Shown one piece after another: positions 39,327 through 56,785 of a stretch of DNA of 64,000 bases. Position 1 is the stretch's first letter. Every line of letters begins with the position of its first letter. The notes under the pieces were generated by a model that searched no databases, was not told the origin of the DNA, and saw only the letters and a program-made list of their open reading frames with translations. This DNA comes from Macrostomum lignano. Its lineage: Eukaryota. The position numbers and the translations under genes are program-made. Location: the NCBI GenBank assembly GCA_002269645.1, contig NIVC01003274.1, positions 1 through 64,000 of the forward strand, in the 5' to 3' direction.

Positions 39327-42300
39327 CTACTCAGCCGACAGCACAAATATTCGTCGGCCTCGTCTATCGGCCACTAAGAACCGATTAGGCGCCAAGGGCA
39401 GCAGATCCGAGCACTCCTGGCAGCTCTGATCTCGCCACAGATTGTCGCCTTGCAGAGCCGCCGCTGACTGACTACTGCTAGTAGCTGACGAGTTCGACTC
39501 AAAGAGCATCTCATCTAGTTGGACGAACACGCGGCTAGACTTGATCAGGTAGATGCTGTTGCCGTCTGGCAGGGTGACGAGGCGCGGCTGGCACTGCGAG
39601 TGACCCACTCGGTGTACACCGCGACTTTTTGGACGCTGCTGCTGTTGCTGTTTGCTGTGTCCAAGCGTTGTTTGTTTCAAATAAAAATAATAACAATAAT
39701 TGATTACACCCTTGTCCCGATTGGGCCTGATGTGCAACCGACAGCTCAGCCGCAGCTATTGCGCGGCGCATCTGAAGGCTGCGTACGGCTGTTCAGTCCT
39801 CAATTACCCGAGCTAATGCCGGCACAAATTTTACAGCTGAAGCAATGCAGAGTTAAGTGTCTTGCTCAATACGCACAGGCGCGCACTTACACAGGAGTGT
39901 ACAGCGGCCCTAACTTTGTTTATCGTTAGACATATACACTTCACTATGGTGACTTGGGGGTTGGCCCTCAAAGCCGTTAATTGCACGAGCAGAGCCAGAG
40001 CACAGATTCCAATTTAGTCCGAAATTAATGACTGCACTTGGAATCGAGCCTGGGCCGCTGGCACATCAGAGTTCGCGCTGGACCACTGGGCGACGGCACC
40101 CATCGTTAGCAAGCCCACTATCCGGATCTCTGCCGGCAAAGAGGATACAGTATAGCTACTCAACAAAAGTTTTTGTTATACATTTTAAGGGGGGCTGTAG
40201 CCTACTCCAGTGATTAGAGCGTCGGGATCAGGACTTCAAGGTCGGAAGTTCGATTCCAGATCCCACTGGAACAATTTTTGTTAATTTGAGCAAGACACTT
40301 AACTCTGCATTTCTTCAGCTCACTTAGCTGTAAAATGGGTGCCGGCATTAGCTGGGGTAATTGAGGGCTGAACAGCCGTACGCAGCCTTCAGATGCGCCG
40401 CGCAATAGCTGCGGCTGAGCTGTCGGTTGCACATTTGGCCCAATTGGGGCAGGTGTAAAAAACTATTATTAATATTGTACTTTTTAGTAACTCCACATCA
40501 AATTTTCGACGAGCACCTCCTAAAAAATTCTTAGGGCCTATGCATAAAGTGATATTTACCTGGAACTGTTGACCAACAGCATAAGTTCGTCTGGCACCGG
40601 GTAGATGGCGATCTCATAGTGCTGCTCAGCCGGCTGCTGCAGCACCAGCAGCGAATGACCGCCAGAGTTGCGACTGGGATTCCGGCTGCGAATCCTGCGC
40701 TGATGTGGATGCTGCTTTTGCGGCTGCTGCGGCGGCGGCGGAGGCAGCGGAGGCGACAGAATCGCTCGAACTGGCGAGGCAACGTTCAAATCCGCGACAG
40801 GTTGGAACTCCGGCCAGCAGCCACCGCAGTGTCCGGAGCCGCGGTCCAGCACCAGCAGGCCGGCCCTGGGATAGGCTACCAGTACGAGGCGACCGCCACC
40901 TGGACAGGTGAGGTCGGCAGGCCGGAAACCGGCGAAACGGCTGTGCCTGCCCGGTCGAAACTGGCGACGCAAGCTGAGAGCGGGGGTCAGAGAAGCGCTG
41001 CGTCAGTTTGGTTTGTCATTCTCTTTTGCAGATTCAGGCTTTCCTTTCCTTTGCAACTTCGGTTTGGTAAATTTACCAGAATTTTGCGAAGCATTTTGAT
41101 TATGTATTTGGAGTTGGTAAAGATCCTTGATACGAAGGTACAATTACCTGACCGATTCGCTACTGTTTTGCACGTCGTCCACCAGCCCGGATATGCTGTT
41201 GCCCAGTTGGTCAAGCACCAGCAGCTCGCCACCTCTGCCTTCACTGACTCCTCCTCCGCCTCCCACGACATCGTCTCCAGCATCCTGACAGAAGGTCAGC
41301 CGGCACGGATTAATGGCCCAAGCCGGGTCCAGACGAAAGTCTCGAAGAAATTTCCCGGCGAACGAGTACACTCCGATACTGTTAGGCGGGCAGCCGTTGG
41401 TGAGATTCTCGGCCAGGTAGATCAGGCGGTGCGGGTCGCCAGTGTAGGCCATAGACAGCGGGCTGCCGCGAGTTTTCACTGTCCAGTGGACAAATTTCTG
41501 CTTCTGACGTCTGCGATGCTGCTGTTGCTGCTGCTGCTGCTGATAATGATGATGATGACGCTGCACGTGAATCGGCGGCGAGCCGGAAGCTCGAAGATTG
41601 TCGAAATCGTCTATCGAAGCCGCGTCTTCGTCGGTGTCGGGTGAATCGGGATCGTCTTGGTCGTCGGCATCGTTGTCGTCGGCGCAGTTCTGGTCGCAGA
41701 CGACTAGCGAGTCGGAGGCCAGGCGGCCGAGCTGGTTCACTAGCTGGACGGCTTCCTGGCTGTGCAGGCGAAAGCGGAGCCGACTTCGCCGCGAGCTGCC
41801 ACCGCTGTCACCCTGGCAACAGTCGGCTACGGTAGCTGGAAGCTTCATCATTGCCCGGAGCGACTGACAAGCGACCAGGAGCTCCTGGCGTTGGCGGCGT
41901 AGCTGACGCTGGCGAATAGAGCTGTCACTGCGTTGAGTGGTAGGGTTTAAAGACTATGCTCAGGTTTGGGTTTGAGGGCGACTCTGAATGGTTTAGCGGC
42001 GATTCTCAGGATGGTTTAGCGGCGATTCTCAGGATGGTTTAGAGGCGATTCTCAGGATGGTTTAGCGGCAATTCTCAGGATGGTTTAGCAGCGATTCTCA
42101 GGATGGTTTAGAGGCGATTCTCAGGATGGTTTAGCGGCAATTCTCAGGATGGTTTAGCAGCGATTCTCAGGATGGTTTAGAGGCGATTCTCAGGATGGTT
42201 TAGCGGCAATTCTCAGGATGGTTTAGAGGCGATTCTCAGGATGGTTTAGAGGCGATTCTAAGGATGGTTTAGAGGCGATTCTAAGGATGGTTTAGAGGCG

Positions 42301-43469
42301 ATTCTCAGGATGGTTTAGAGGCGATTCTAAGGATGGTTTAGAGGCGACTCTCAGGATGGTTTAGAGGCGACTCTCAGGATGGTTTAGAGGCGATTCTAAG
42401 GATGGTTTAGAGGCGACTCTCAGGATGGTTTAGAGGCGACTCTTAGGATGGTTTAGAGGCGACTCCCAGGATGGTTTAGAGGCGACTCTTAGGATGGTTT
42501 AGAGGCGACTCCCAGGATGGTTTAGAGGCGATTTTCAGAATGGCTTAGAGGCGATTCTAAAGATGGTTTGGAGGCGATTCTAAAGATGGTTTAGAGGCGA
42601 TTCTAAAGATGATTTAGAGGCGATTCTAAGGATGGTTTAGAGGTGACTCTCGGGATGGTTTAGAAACGATTCTCAGAATGGTTTAGAGGCGATACTAACG
42701 ATGGGTTGAAGGCTATAAAATACTCTCAGAAAGAATTTTAGACGATTATCAACGAAATCAAGGCTGACCGGAGACCGTGACGCATATGCCTGACGTACAT
42801 AGGTTTCTGACCCAGTAAAAGGGGGTTAAGTTCCCAGTATAGTGCTACCCAGTGAAAGTGGGGCAAGTCCCTCACCACATGCACAAACCTCTCGTCGTCG
42901 CCCGTCCCGTCCGAGTAACTGGCCGCAGCTTCGGCCGCCATCATCATCTGCTCGACTCGGTCGGCCAGCGCCGCCAGGCCCGGCCCGTCCACCGGCGCTA
43001 GCTCGGCGGCAACCCGGCCAATCAGTCGGCGCCTGTCGGCCTCCAGCACGTCGGCGGCTGCGTCGAACGTCGCGTCGATGCCGGCAATGAGGCGACTACG
43101 AGCGGCGTCGGCCCGACGAACTCGACGTCTGGCACGTCGGACCAGTCGACGCGGCACCCGGTCGTCATCATCATCATCATCGTCTTTGTCGACTTGCAGC
43201 TTCTCGACAGAGGCGGCTCGTCGGTCCGACGTCGACGGAGGTGACAACAGCTGCTGCTCAGCAACCGGTGCCTGAGCAGACGACGACGCCCGACTGCTGC
43301 TGCGAGCGCCGCGACTATCGACGCTTGAATTGGAGCCGACAGCGCCTTCTGCCTGCCGTTTGAGCAGGCCTGTCCACCGTTTGCGCCACTTCGGCGTCGT
43401 CGAAGACGCAACGTCATCTCCGTTCAAACCAGCAGCTGCGTCGACTGCGGCGCTGCCGGAGCTACTCAT
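39327..43469 (-). CDS. Coiled-coil plus NHL-like beta-propeller protein, about 700 aa, with no RING or B-box
   Basis: complement(join(39327..39654,40560..40973,41148..41927,42889..43469)) = 2103 nt with three phase-2 GT-AG introns. A helical segment (IDATFDAAADVLEADRRRLIGRV) is followed by NHL-like segments (SIGVYSFAGKFLRDF, NPCRL, ELLVLDQLGNSI, FLVADRRGRRIFVL). The domain call is inferred from pattern only. Confidence 0.72.
39715..39870 (-). mobile_element. CORE-type SINE, truncated copy (core plus tail)
   Basis: Near-identical reverse complement of 40282-40445. Confidence 0.75.
40035..40095 (-). mobile_element. tRNA-like SINE-head fragment of a second family; also at about 38198-38240 and 60014-60058
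   Basis: Three dispersed copies of GAGCCTGGGCYGCTGGCACATCA...GCGCT; the reverse complement reads GCCCAGTGGT...GGCTCGATTCC (A and B box-like). Confidence 0.55.
40190..40450 (+). mobile_element. tRNA-derived CORE-type SINE
   Basis: tRNA-like head with A-box-like CCAGTGATTAGAGCG and B-box GTTCGATTCC (40248-40257), followed by the MIR/CORE-like motif TTGAGCAAGACACTTAAC...CTGTAAAATGGG. Confidence 0.8.
41990..42710. repeat. 23-bp minisatellite GGATGGTTTAGAGGCGATTCTCA in intron 1 of the NHL-like gene
   Basis: About 30 units. Confidence 0.97.
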
Positions 43470-43734
43470 CTTGGATTTCTTGCCAGCCTAATCTATAGTC
43501 TCAATATCGCGATTTCGAATTTGGTTTCAGTTCTTGCTCGTAAAATACGACCTATATAATAGTAGCATTAAGGCCCGAGCAGTCAATCATTGGACGCCGC
43601 AATTTTCGAAACTTTGCTTGTTTAACCGGCCAATCAGAAGTCGGATTTTTAAGTATCAGTCTCTTCAGCACTGAGTGATTTTTGTTGAAATTTTATTCGA
43701 AAGGTAAATTCACGGTAGAGACTTAGCGACCCAA

Positions 43735-44275
43735 GCTGAAGAGTCAGCGGGAGGACACCGGCCTGACCCACGGAGGAGTCAGTGGGAGGACACTGGCCTG
43801 ACCCACTGAAGAGCCAGATAGGACACTGGCTTTACCCACTAGAGTCAGGACACTGGTCTAACCTACTAAAGAGTCAGGACACTGGTCTAACCCACTGAAG
43901 AGTCAGGACACTGGTCTGACCCACTGAAGAGTCAGGACACTGGTCTGACCCACTGAAGAGTCAGGACACTGGTCTAACCTACTAAAGAGTCAGGACACTG
44001 GTCTAACCCACTGAAGAGTCAGGACACTGGTCTAACCCACTGAAGAGTCAGGACACTGGTCTAACCCACTGAAGAGTCAGGACACTGGTCTAACCCACTG
44101 AAGAGTCAGGACACTGGTCTAACCCACTGAAGAGTCAGGACACTGGTCTAACCCACTGAAGAGTCAGGACACTGGTCTAACCCACTGAAGAGTCAGAACA
44201 CTGGTCTGACCCGCTGAATAGTCAGGACACTGGCCTGACACTGAAGAGTCAGAGGACACTGGCCTGATATACTGA
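43735..44275. repeat. 29-bp minisatellite GAAGAGTCAGGACACTGGTCTAACCCACT
   Basis: Tandem units between the RACK1 3' end and the NHL-like gene 5' end. Confidence 0.96.
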
Positions 44276-44760
44276 AGATGTTGCAGATTAAAACAGAATA
44301 ACCAAAGAAAGACACAAAAGCCTCATTAACAAGAATATTTTTAAATCCAGGTTAATCCGACCGAGCAGAAAGCAACACGCAATCAAGTCCTTACAGACAG
44401 ACACAAAACTGTCCGCAGGACGCGCTCTCAAGCTGCATAGCAACATATCGGACCATAATGTATTTCAATCTAACCGACAATGTCGAAACGGAGGCTATTA
44501 TCATCAACTTTTCCAATCTCAGCACAAACACGCGCACGCCAGAAATCTCAACGAAACAGAGGGAACAAATCGGGACAAAAAAATAAATAAATTTAATGAC
44601 TTAAAAATTGCGACATTCTAAGCATTCTTAACTCACTACTGATGCTAGTAGAAATGTAGACATTTTGCTATCTTTTTTATAATTTTCTAAATAGTGAAAA
44701 GTCGCAAATTCGAGTATTAAATTTATCTATTTATTTGCCTTATCAGTTGAATAATAGTTG

Positions 44761-44766
44761 TTTATT
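44761..44766 (-). terminator. RACK1 polyadenylation signal AATAAA overlapping the stop codon; a second one at 44730-44735
   Basis: The minus strand reads GCT TAA ATAAAC. Confidence 0.5.
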
Positions 44767-47700
44767 TAAGCGGCCGCCATGGTGACACCGTAGACGCGGA
44801 TAACTCCGTCGGTGTAGCCGGCAAACAGAGTCTGACCGTCGGCGCTCCAGGCCAGGCAGAGACAGTCGGGGCTGGTCGGCTTGCGCTTGGCATCGCCAGT
44901 TGAGAACACCTCGGAGCGCAGATCGTCAACTAGGGATTTGTTCTCCAGATCCCAGATCTTGATAATTGGACCGGCGGCGGCGCACAGCCAGTAGCGATTA
45001 GGCGAGAACGCCATGGCGTTGATGGTGTTGCCAGCCTCTAGGGTGTACAGATGCTTGCCCTCGTTCAGATCCCACAGCATGGCTTTGCCGTCCTTGCCGC
45101 CGGAGGCGCACAGGCTGCCGTCGGGGCTGATGGCCACGGTGTTGAGGTAGCCATTGTGGCCAATGTGATTGGTGCGCAGCTTGCAGTTGGTCAGGTTCCA
45201 CACCTGAGAGGTGATAATTCGGATGGATTTCGGCTATTTAGTAACTAAATATTCTTCGCAGACTACTGTTTGACTTATGACTTCTCTCTCTACCCTGACT
45301 TCTATCTCTCTCTCTACCCTGACTTCTATCTCTCTCTCTACCCTGACTTCTATCTCTCTCTACCATGACTTCTATCTCTCTCTCTACCCTGACTTCTATC
45401 TCTCTCGACCCTGACTTCTATCTCTCTCTACCCTGACTTCCATCTCTCTCTACCCTGATTTCTACCTCTCTCTACCCTGACTTCCATCTCTCTCTACCCT
45501 GATTTCTATCTCTCTCTACCATGACTTCTATCTCTCTCTACCATGACTTCTATCTCTCTCTACCATGACTTCTATCTCTCTCTACCATGACTTCTATCTC
45601 TCTCTACCATGACTTCTATCTCTCCCTACCATGACTTCTATCTCTCTCTACCATGACTTCTATCTCTCCCTACCCTGACTTCTATCTCTCTCTACCCTGA
45701 CTTCTATCTCTCTCTACCATGACTTCTATCTCTCCCTACCCTGACTTCTATCTCTCTCTACCCTGACTTCCATCTCTCTACCCTGATTTCTATCTCTCTC
45801 TACCCTGACTTCTATCTCTCTCTACCCTGACTTCTATCTCTCTCTACCATGACTTCTATCTCTCTCTACCCTGATTTCTATCTCTCTCTACCATGACTTC
45901 TATCTCTCTCTACCATGACTTCTATCTCTCTCTACCATGACTTCTATCTCTCTCTACCATGACTTCTATCGCTCTCTCGTTAATAAAATTTTAGGAATTT
46001 TAACCCCCCACTACCACGCATTTTTGAAATGTGCCTCTACCTACTCAGAGTTCAGATTCCTACTGTCAAAAGCATTCTAATCAAAGATAAAGACTCACCT
46101 TAACCAGGCGATCAACTCCGGCGCTAACAATGATGGGATTAGCGGCATTAGGCGAGAATCTCACGCAGCTAACCCAATCGCTGTGACTATCCTCAGTGAT
46201 AGTGTACTTGCACACGCCCAAGCAGTTCCACAATTTGATGGTGCGATCGCGCGAGGCCGACACAATTTGACGATTATCGGCGCTGAACGCCACGGAGGTG
46301 ACGTCCTTAGTGTGACCAATGAACCGGCGGGTGGTGGTGCCGGTGGTCAGGTCCCACAGGCGCAGGGTGCCGTCCCAGGAGGCGGACAAGGCGAATTGTC
46401 CATCAGAGGACATGACAACGTCAGACACGAAGTGGTTATGACCACGCAGAGACTTCTTTGGATAGCCATAGCTGTCACTGCGGGTCAGATCCCACATGAT
46501 GAGGCTCTTGTCTGCACATTGGGTTGGGTTGGGGTGGATATTACTCATTATGTTAATCTTATGCATGCAGTTTTTTAAGCATTGAACATCTTTATCCTAT
46601 TATTCAGATTATCAAGCCACTGCACAATACTGCAACCAGAGCAGTATCTACCTATGGTCATTAATGGTTAGGAGGCAAAATCCAGATTGTAGATCCCAGA
46701 TCTAGCAGTGCTTTCTGGATATAACTAATATTTGACTGATGATATTTAATTTTGCTCATTTTGCCTGCAAGAGACACATTATTTGCATTTGTTAGTCATC
46801 TTATTCAATTTACCAAGAACAATGATCCGATTTGCATTCAAGTTTAAAAGCTTATTTACACTTACTATCATGATAAGATATAGGTTACAATATATACATT
46901 GATGTTTATTATGGCTAGTAACCTATTAATAAAGGTTCCTAGTCAATTTGTTTGCTGCCAATTTGGCTGCTAGCAAATAGTGGCACAGCCAAAAAATTTA
47001 ATTTATTTCAAGGGGGCATTCAGCAATTTCAGGACAAGGGTTTTTTATCAATAGTAGAGTGGTATTTCTCTAGAATTTTGAAAAAGAGAAGGGTGGATTT
47101 TTTCTTTCAAATTTTGAGAAAGGGGCCCAGGGCTAAGCTGCACTACAACTAGTATACAGAGCAACCAATGGACAAAACTAGCAGATAAATTGACTATGTT
47201 ATACTCTACATACATAGGCAAGCATTTAGTTTCCTGCTCTAAATAGTTTTCTTTCAAAATTATTGTCTAGCATTTTTAGATTAGTGTTGTGCAATCATGC
47301 CCTTTCTCGCTCTCTTGCCCCGCCCCCGCCCCAACCCTCCAGTCTGCCCCACCCCTCCAATCAATAATCAATGCATACGCCGATCACGCCACCCTGCCCC
47401 ACCTCCCTTGCTGTACTGTACATTTGTTCTTAAGGTATATTCATGTACCCGTAGGACCAATGAAAAATATAGTTGCTGTCTGGAGGGCAGACTCCTCCCT
47501 TGCGCACGTTGGTCCACCTCCGTTGGCTATTAATGACTCGTCGATCTACCATAAAAAGCACACGGCGAATTGCATCGGCTACGGTGTGTAAGTTCGTGTT
47601 CGCGAGTTACTGTCCTTTTTTTCTGCTTCTCCCTAGGGCGCGGGACGAGAGCTCTGACTGGGGACCTGGGGGTCGCAGCTTCCCGACAGGTTAAAGCTGT

Positions 47701-49346
47701 AGGCGTTGCTCCGGAGGACGGGGCTCACAACATTATCAACTTAGCAACCTATTTATATATTCTCAACTTTAAAAATTTACCTAGCAAAATAATAGCAATG
47801 TGACTTACTTTTTCACCAAAAAAATAATTTATCTATAAAAAATCCTAAGCAAAAATTTATAAATTTATTACTATGTTAAATAGCAATAGCTATGACTATA
47901 ATTAACACAAGTGCCTCATTGTCTAATTGGTATTATATCTATATTTTTTGGGTTGGTATTTTTATAATAACTTTACTAGACCTCTTACCATTTGGAAAGA
48001 TTGGCTAAGTTGCTAGGTGCTAGGCATATATAAACCTGTTTCACTTTCCTGTTTTGGACTACTACTTTGTGACTTTTTGACTTTTGAATTTTTAGTTTTT
48101 ATTTGTGACTTTAATATTTTTTACTGAAATGAGTTTTAAAAAATCAGGAATAATTTAGAGTAAGACACCATGATTAGCCTTTATGTATACTACATTAACT
48201 ATAGAGTATATAGTAGTAAAAACATTATAAGTACAAATATATAGCCCTATTTTGCAAAAAGTATAGTAGATTGAATTGTTACTTTTTAGATGAATTAAAT
48301 TTAGAAAAATAGAAAAAATATTTGGTTTGAATTGGTCAAATTTAGTTTGTAGTGTAAATTATTCATTTAATTGCTTATAAAAATAATTTAAAGTCTTGCT
48401 AATTACTTTTCTATGCATATAATAATTAATTACTATACATACTCTAAAAATGCACCCATACCAAAAAACACTAATTGAAATTGTCAGTTCAATTAGGTTT
48501 TCATACCATAAAGTTCTATTATTGCTTTGTCCAAAAAGACCTATATTAGATACCTGGTATTATAATAGTAAATTATAACGATATATTGAATAGATCTAAT
48601 CACAAACACTTATGCCTACCTAAATCTATGTTTCAAGCCTTCTATTTTTGGTTATTTCCTTCTTCTATAAAAATCTCTCATCTTTAATTAATACCTAATA
48701 ATTACCCACAATCCTTACATTTGATATCTTAACTTGCTTCTTTTTTAATTCTTTACTTACATACTTTTTGATTTGAAGTTTTAAATAGGCACTCCTTCAA
48801 ATACTATAATATTGCAAAACTTCTACTCTTGAATTATTACTAAATACACTGACATATACTGGCCAAACAGGCTTCTTGCCTGAGCCAACTTATTACTACT
48901 ACTAAAAAGTCATTTGACTGTCATCATAATTACTATTCTAAAAATGCAGACAAAAAGGCAGCACAGCAGAAAAATTGACTGGATACCTTAATAAATGGCA
49001 TGTATATACAACATGGAAGAATTTTATAGTAGACTTGCATAAAAAGACTTGAGTTCAAACTTCAAAATTAAATAATGAAGGACAGTTTTTACTTTTTGAC
49101 TTACAGTTACACATTTGATATGATATTTCGAAAAAATTTTTTAATACTTTCGAACCGACAAGAAGCTTAATATTTCATTATATTATAAAACTTTTCTTCA
49201 AGGTTGGTACAAAAGATTTAGTGCATTCAATACTTACCTCGGCTGGAAGACAGAATCATATCAGGAAATTCAGCATTCGTTGCGATTTGGGTAACCCATC
49301 CATTATGGCCTGTCAATGAACCTTTAAAAGTTAGGTGCTCAGCCAT
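44766..49346 (-). CDS. RACK1: Receptor for activated C kinase 1 (7-bladed WD40, 40S-associated), 319 aa
   Basis: complement(join(44766..45203,46099..46511,49238..49346)). [71 protein letters not shown]. Confidence 0.98.
45285..45975. repeat. ~22-24 bp minisatellite TGACTTCTATCTCTCTCTACCC in RACK1 intron 2
   Basis: Tandem units with a variable (CT)n part. Confidence 0.96.
47285..47732 (+). mobile_element. Solo LTR in RACK1 intron 1, antisense to RACK1
   Basis: Perfect 7-bp inverted ends TGTTGTG...CACAACA, flanks TTAG/TTAT, GC boxes, CCAAT and CATAAAAA inside; a GC-rich island in AT-rich intron DNA. Confidence 0.6.
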
Positions 49347-49367
49347 TGCCTAATTGGGTGAATCGTT

Positions 49368-49380
49368 CGAAAGAGAGAAG
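49368..49380 (-). promoter_or_regulatory. Polypyrimidine (TCT/5'TOP-like) initiator upstream of RACK1
   Basis: The minus strand reads CTTCTCTCTTTCG about 25-35 nt before the RACK1 ATG; translation-machinery genes commonly start in such tracts. Confidence 0.5.
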
Positions 49381-49987
49381 ACACCTAGTCAATACACCTC
49401 AGGTTTTACTATTGTCGGTAGCAAAAGAAGAAAATTTTGCGCACACGGTTTTAGGGCAGAATTCAAAAGTTAGTAAATATTTTAGATTTATGTGCTTAAG
49501 TTTAGAAAAAGACAAATTTAATGTTTTTATTACCTTTTAGAATTAACATCTATGCGTTAAGGTTCTTTTTTTGAGAAATATGTACTTAAGCTTAGTTATT
49601 TCTTTATCACCAATAAATAAAACAAAAATTACAACCGCTAAAAGAATTGTTTTTTTAATTTCATTCATTAGCTTACATGATATAGATATAAAAATAGGTA
49701 ATTATACAAATCTTAATTACTTGATTTTCTTAGCCTTTTTAATTTTAATTGTCGTGGTCTCAGTAAAAAAAAATTCGGGTGATTCTCATCGAGAGGTTCA
49801 CAGCTAGATCGATTGCATTGTTGCTTTTGCGTTGTGGCCTAGCTGTGAAGTAAATCCACGATACAACGTTCTTTTGCCTTAAGTTAAGTGTTACTGTATC
49901 CATTCGTTTTAAATTAATAAACATCTTTTTTCACCAGGTATTACATTGTTTAAGAGACTTTCTGGACCATTTCTGTGTATTGACACA

Positions 49988-54979
<4,992 letters not shown>

Positions 54980-55859
54980 GGCTGCAGTAAAAAATCGCAA
55001 ATCAAAATTGCAAACGCATCTCGCACTACTAGCTAGTACTACTTAGTGGACGGACGATGCAATACTAGGACCGATCAAAGCGCTTCTTTGCCAAGCCATG
55101 ATGTCACGTTTTTTATTGTTGTACATTTGTGTTCTATAACTGTTGGAGCCCTCAACTGTAGTTCTAGCACAATAGGATAATTTATACACATTCTGCTGTT
55201 GTTATATAACTTAATGTTTATCCATGAATTTTTCTGATCCCTAGCCCTTTTATTTTATTAGAACTTTTGTAAGGTCTACAGACTCGTAAGTTATAAAGTA
55301 AATATAGTTGATCTCTCTCTTGCACCAATTATACTACTAGGCTAATTTTAGTAGCAAAGTTGGCCACTTGGCGTTATTTTCTGTCACTTGGTGTGAAATC
55401 GTACATTTGAAATATTAAATTTGTGTGCATGTTGTTTGTCCGATTTTAAGTGTCAGCGTCACTTTCTAGTTATTTTTAGGCTACTCTCGTGTTTATTTGC
55501 AATATTATTCAATTTTCTGACTAGCTCATTTTTACTTTAGTTAATTAATTAGCTGCTCTGGAATAGGAGATTTGGAGATAAATTATTTTTATTGTTAAAA
55601 CCGTTTTTGATCACAGGCTTTTTGTGTGCTGCACTTTGATATGTTTATTTATTTAATATATACTTATATGTACTTTTCGTTTTCATAATTTTGTACTCAA
55701 TGCTCGGTTAATCATTTTTAACAAATAAACCCTATAATTTGCTTCTTCTAACTTAACAGGCCGCTTTGCACGTTGCCTGTTTTAAAATATCTGGCCTTTA
55801 TCTTTGCCGTTTTTTTAAAACTTTTGATAAATCAATGTTCAAAAATTGATCGACAGGGA

Positions 55860-56650
55860 TAGAGAGACAGACAGATAAATGCTTAAATACATAGATAGAT
55901 GGATACTTACATAGATAGATAGATGGATAGTTAGATAGATAGATTAATAGATGGATAGTTAGATAGGTAGGTAGATTGATAGATGGATAGTCAGATAAGT
56001 AAATTAATAGATGGATAGTTAGATAGGTAGGTAGATTAATAGATTGATAGATGGATAGTTAGATAGGTAGGTAGATTGATAGATGGATAGTCAAATAGGT
56101 AGATTTTAATAGATTGATAGTTAGATAGGTAGGTAGATTGATAGATGGATAGTTATATAGGTAGGTAGATTAATAGATTGATAGATGGATAGTTAGATAG
56201 GCACGTAGATTGATAGATGGATAGTTAGATAGATAGATGGATAGTTAGATAGGTAGGTAGATTGATAGATGGATAGTCAAATAGGTAGATTTTAATAGAT
56301 GGATAGTTAGATAGGTAGGTAGATTGATAGATGGATAGTCAAATAGGTAGATTTTAATAGATTGATAGTTAGATAGGTAGGTAGATTGATAGATGGATAG
56401 TAAGATAGGTAGGTAGATTAATAGATGGATAGTTAGATAGGTAGGTAGATTAATAGATTGATAGATGGATAGTTAGATAGGTAGGTAGATTGATAGATGG
56501 ATAGTCAAATAGGTAGATTTTAATAGATTGATAGTTAGATAGGTAGGTAGATTGATAGATGGATAGTAAGATAGGTAGGTAGATTAATAGATGGATAGTT
56601 AGATAGGTAGGTAGATTGATAGATGGATAGTTAGATAGGTAGGTAGATAG
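55860..56650. repeat. Compound GATA/TAGG microsatellite between PP2A and GINS2
   Basis: (TAGA)n, (TAGG)n and GATGGATAG units. Confidence 0.96.
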
Positions 56651-56785
56651 GTTTTTTATAAACCAGAAATGTGCGCCTTTTGTAGAAACTATCTTTAACA
56701 TTTTCATGCGTCAATCACGGCTTCTGTTGTAATATTGTAATAAAGGAATCAAAACTTCCCCAAAACAGCTTTCCCTCAGCAGGCC

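Noticed and set aside
40190-40262. Possible tRNA gene
   Set aside because: A and B boxes are present but there is no clean cloverleaf or T-run terminator; it continues into a SINE CORE domain that is duplicated nearby.
40619-41644. 341-aa + strand ORF and other + strand ORFs over the NHL-like gene
   Set aside because: Antisense shadow of GC-rich minus-strand exons; it runs through a minus-strand intron and has no splice or motif support.
47545-47735. Possible Pol III ncRNA (RNase MRP-like ACGGGGCTCA motif, T-runs, hairpins) or RACK1-hosted snoRNA
   Set aside because: No GAAAGTCCCC CR-I partner, no paired C/D boxes and no telomerase template; the TGTTGTG...CACAACA ends explain the island better as an LTR.
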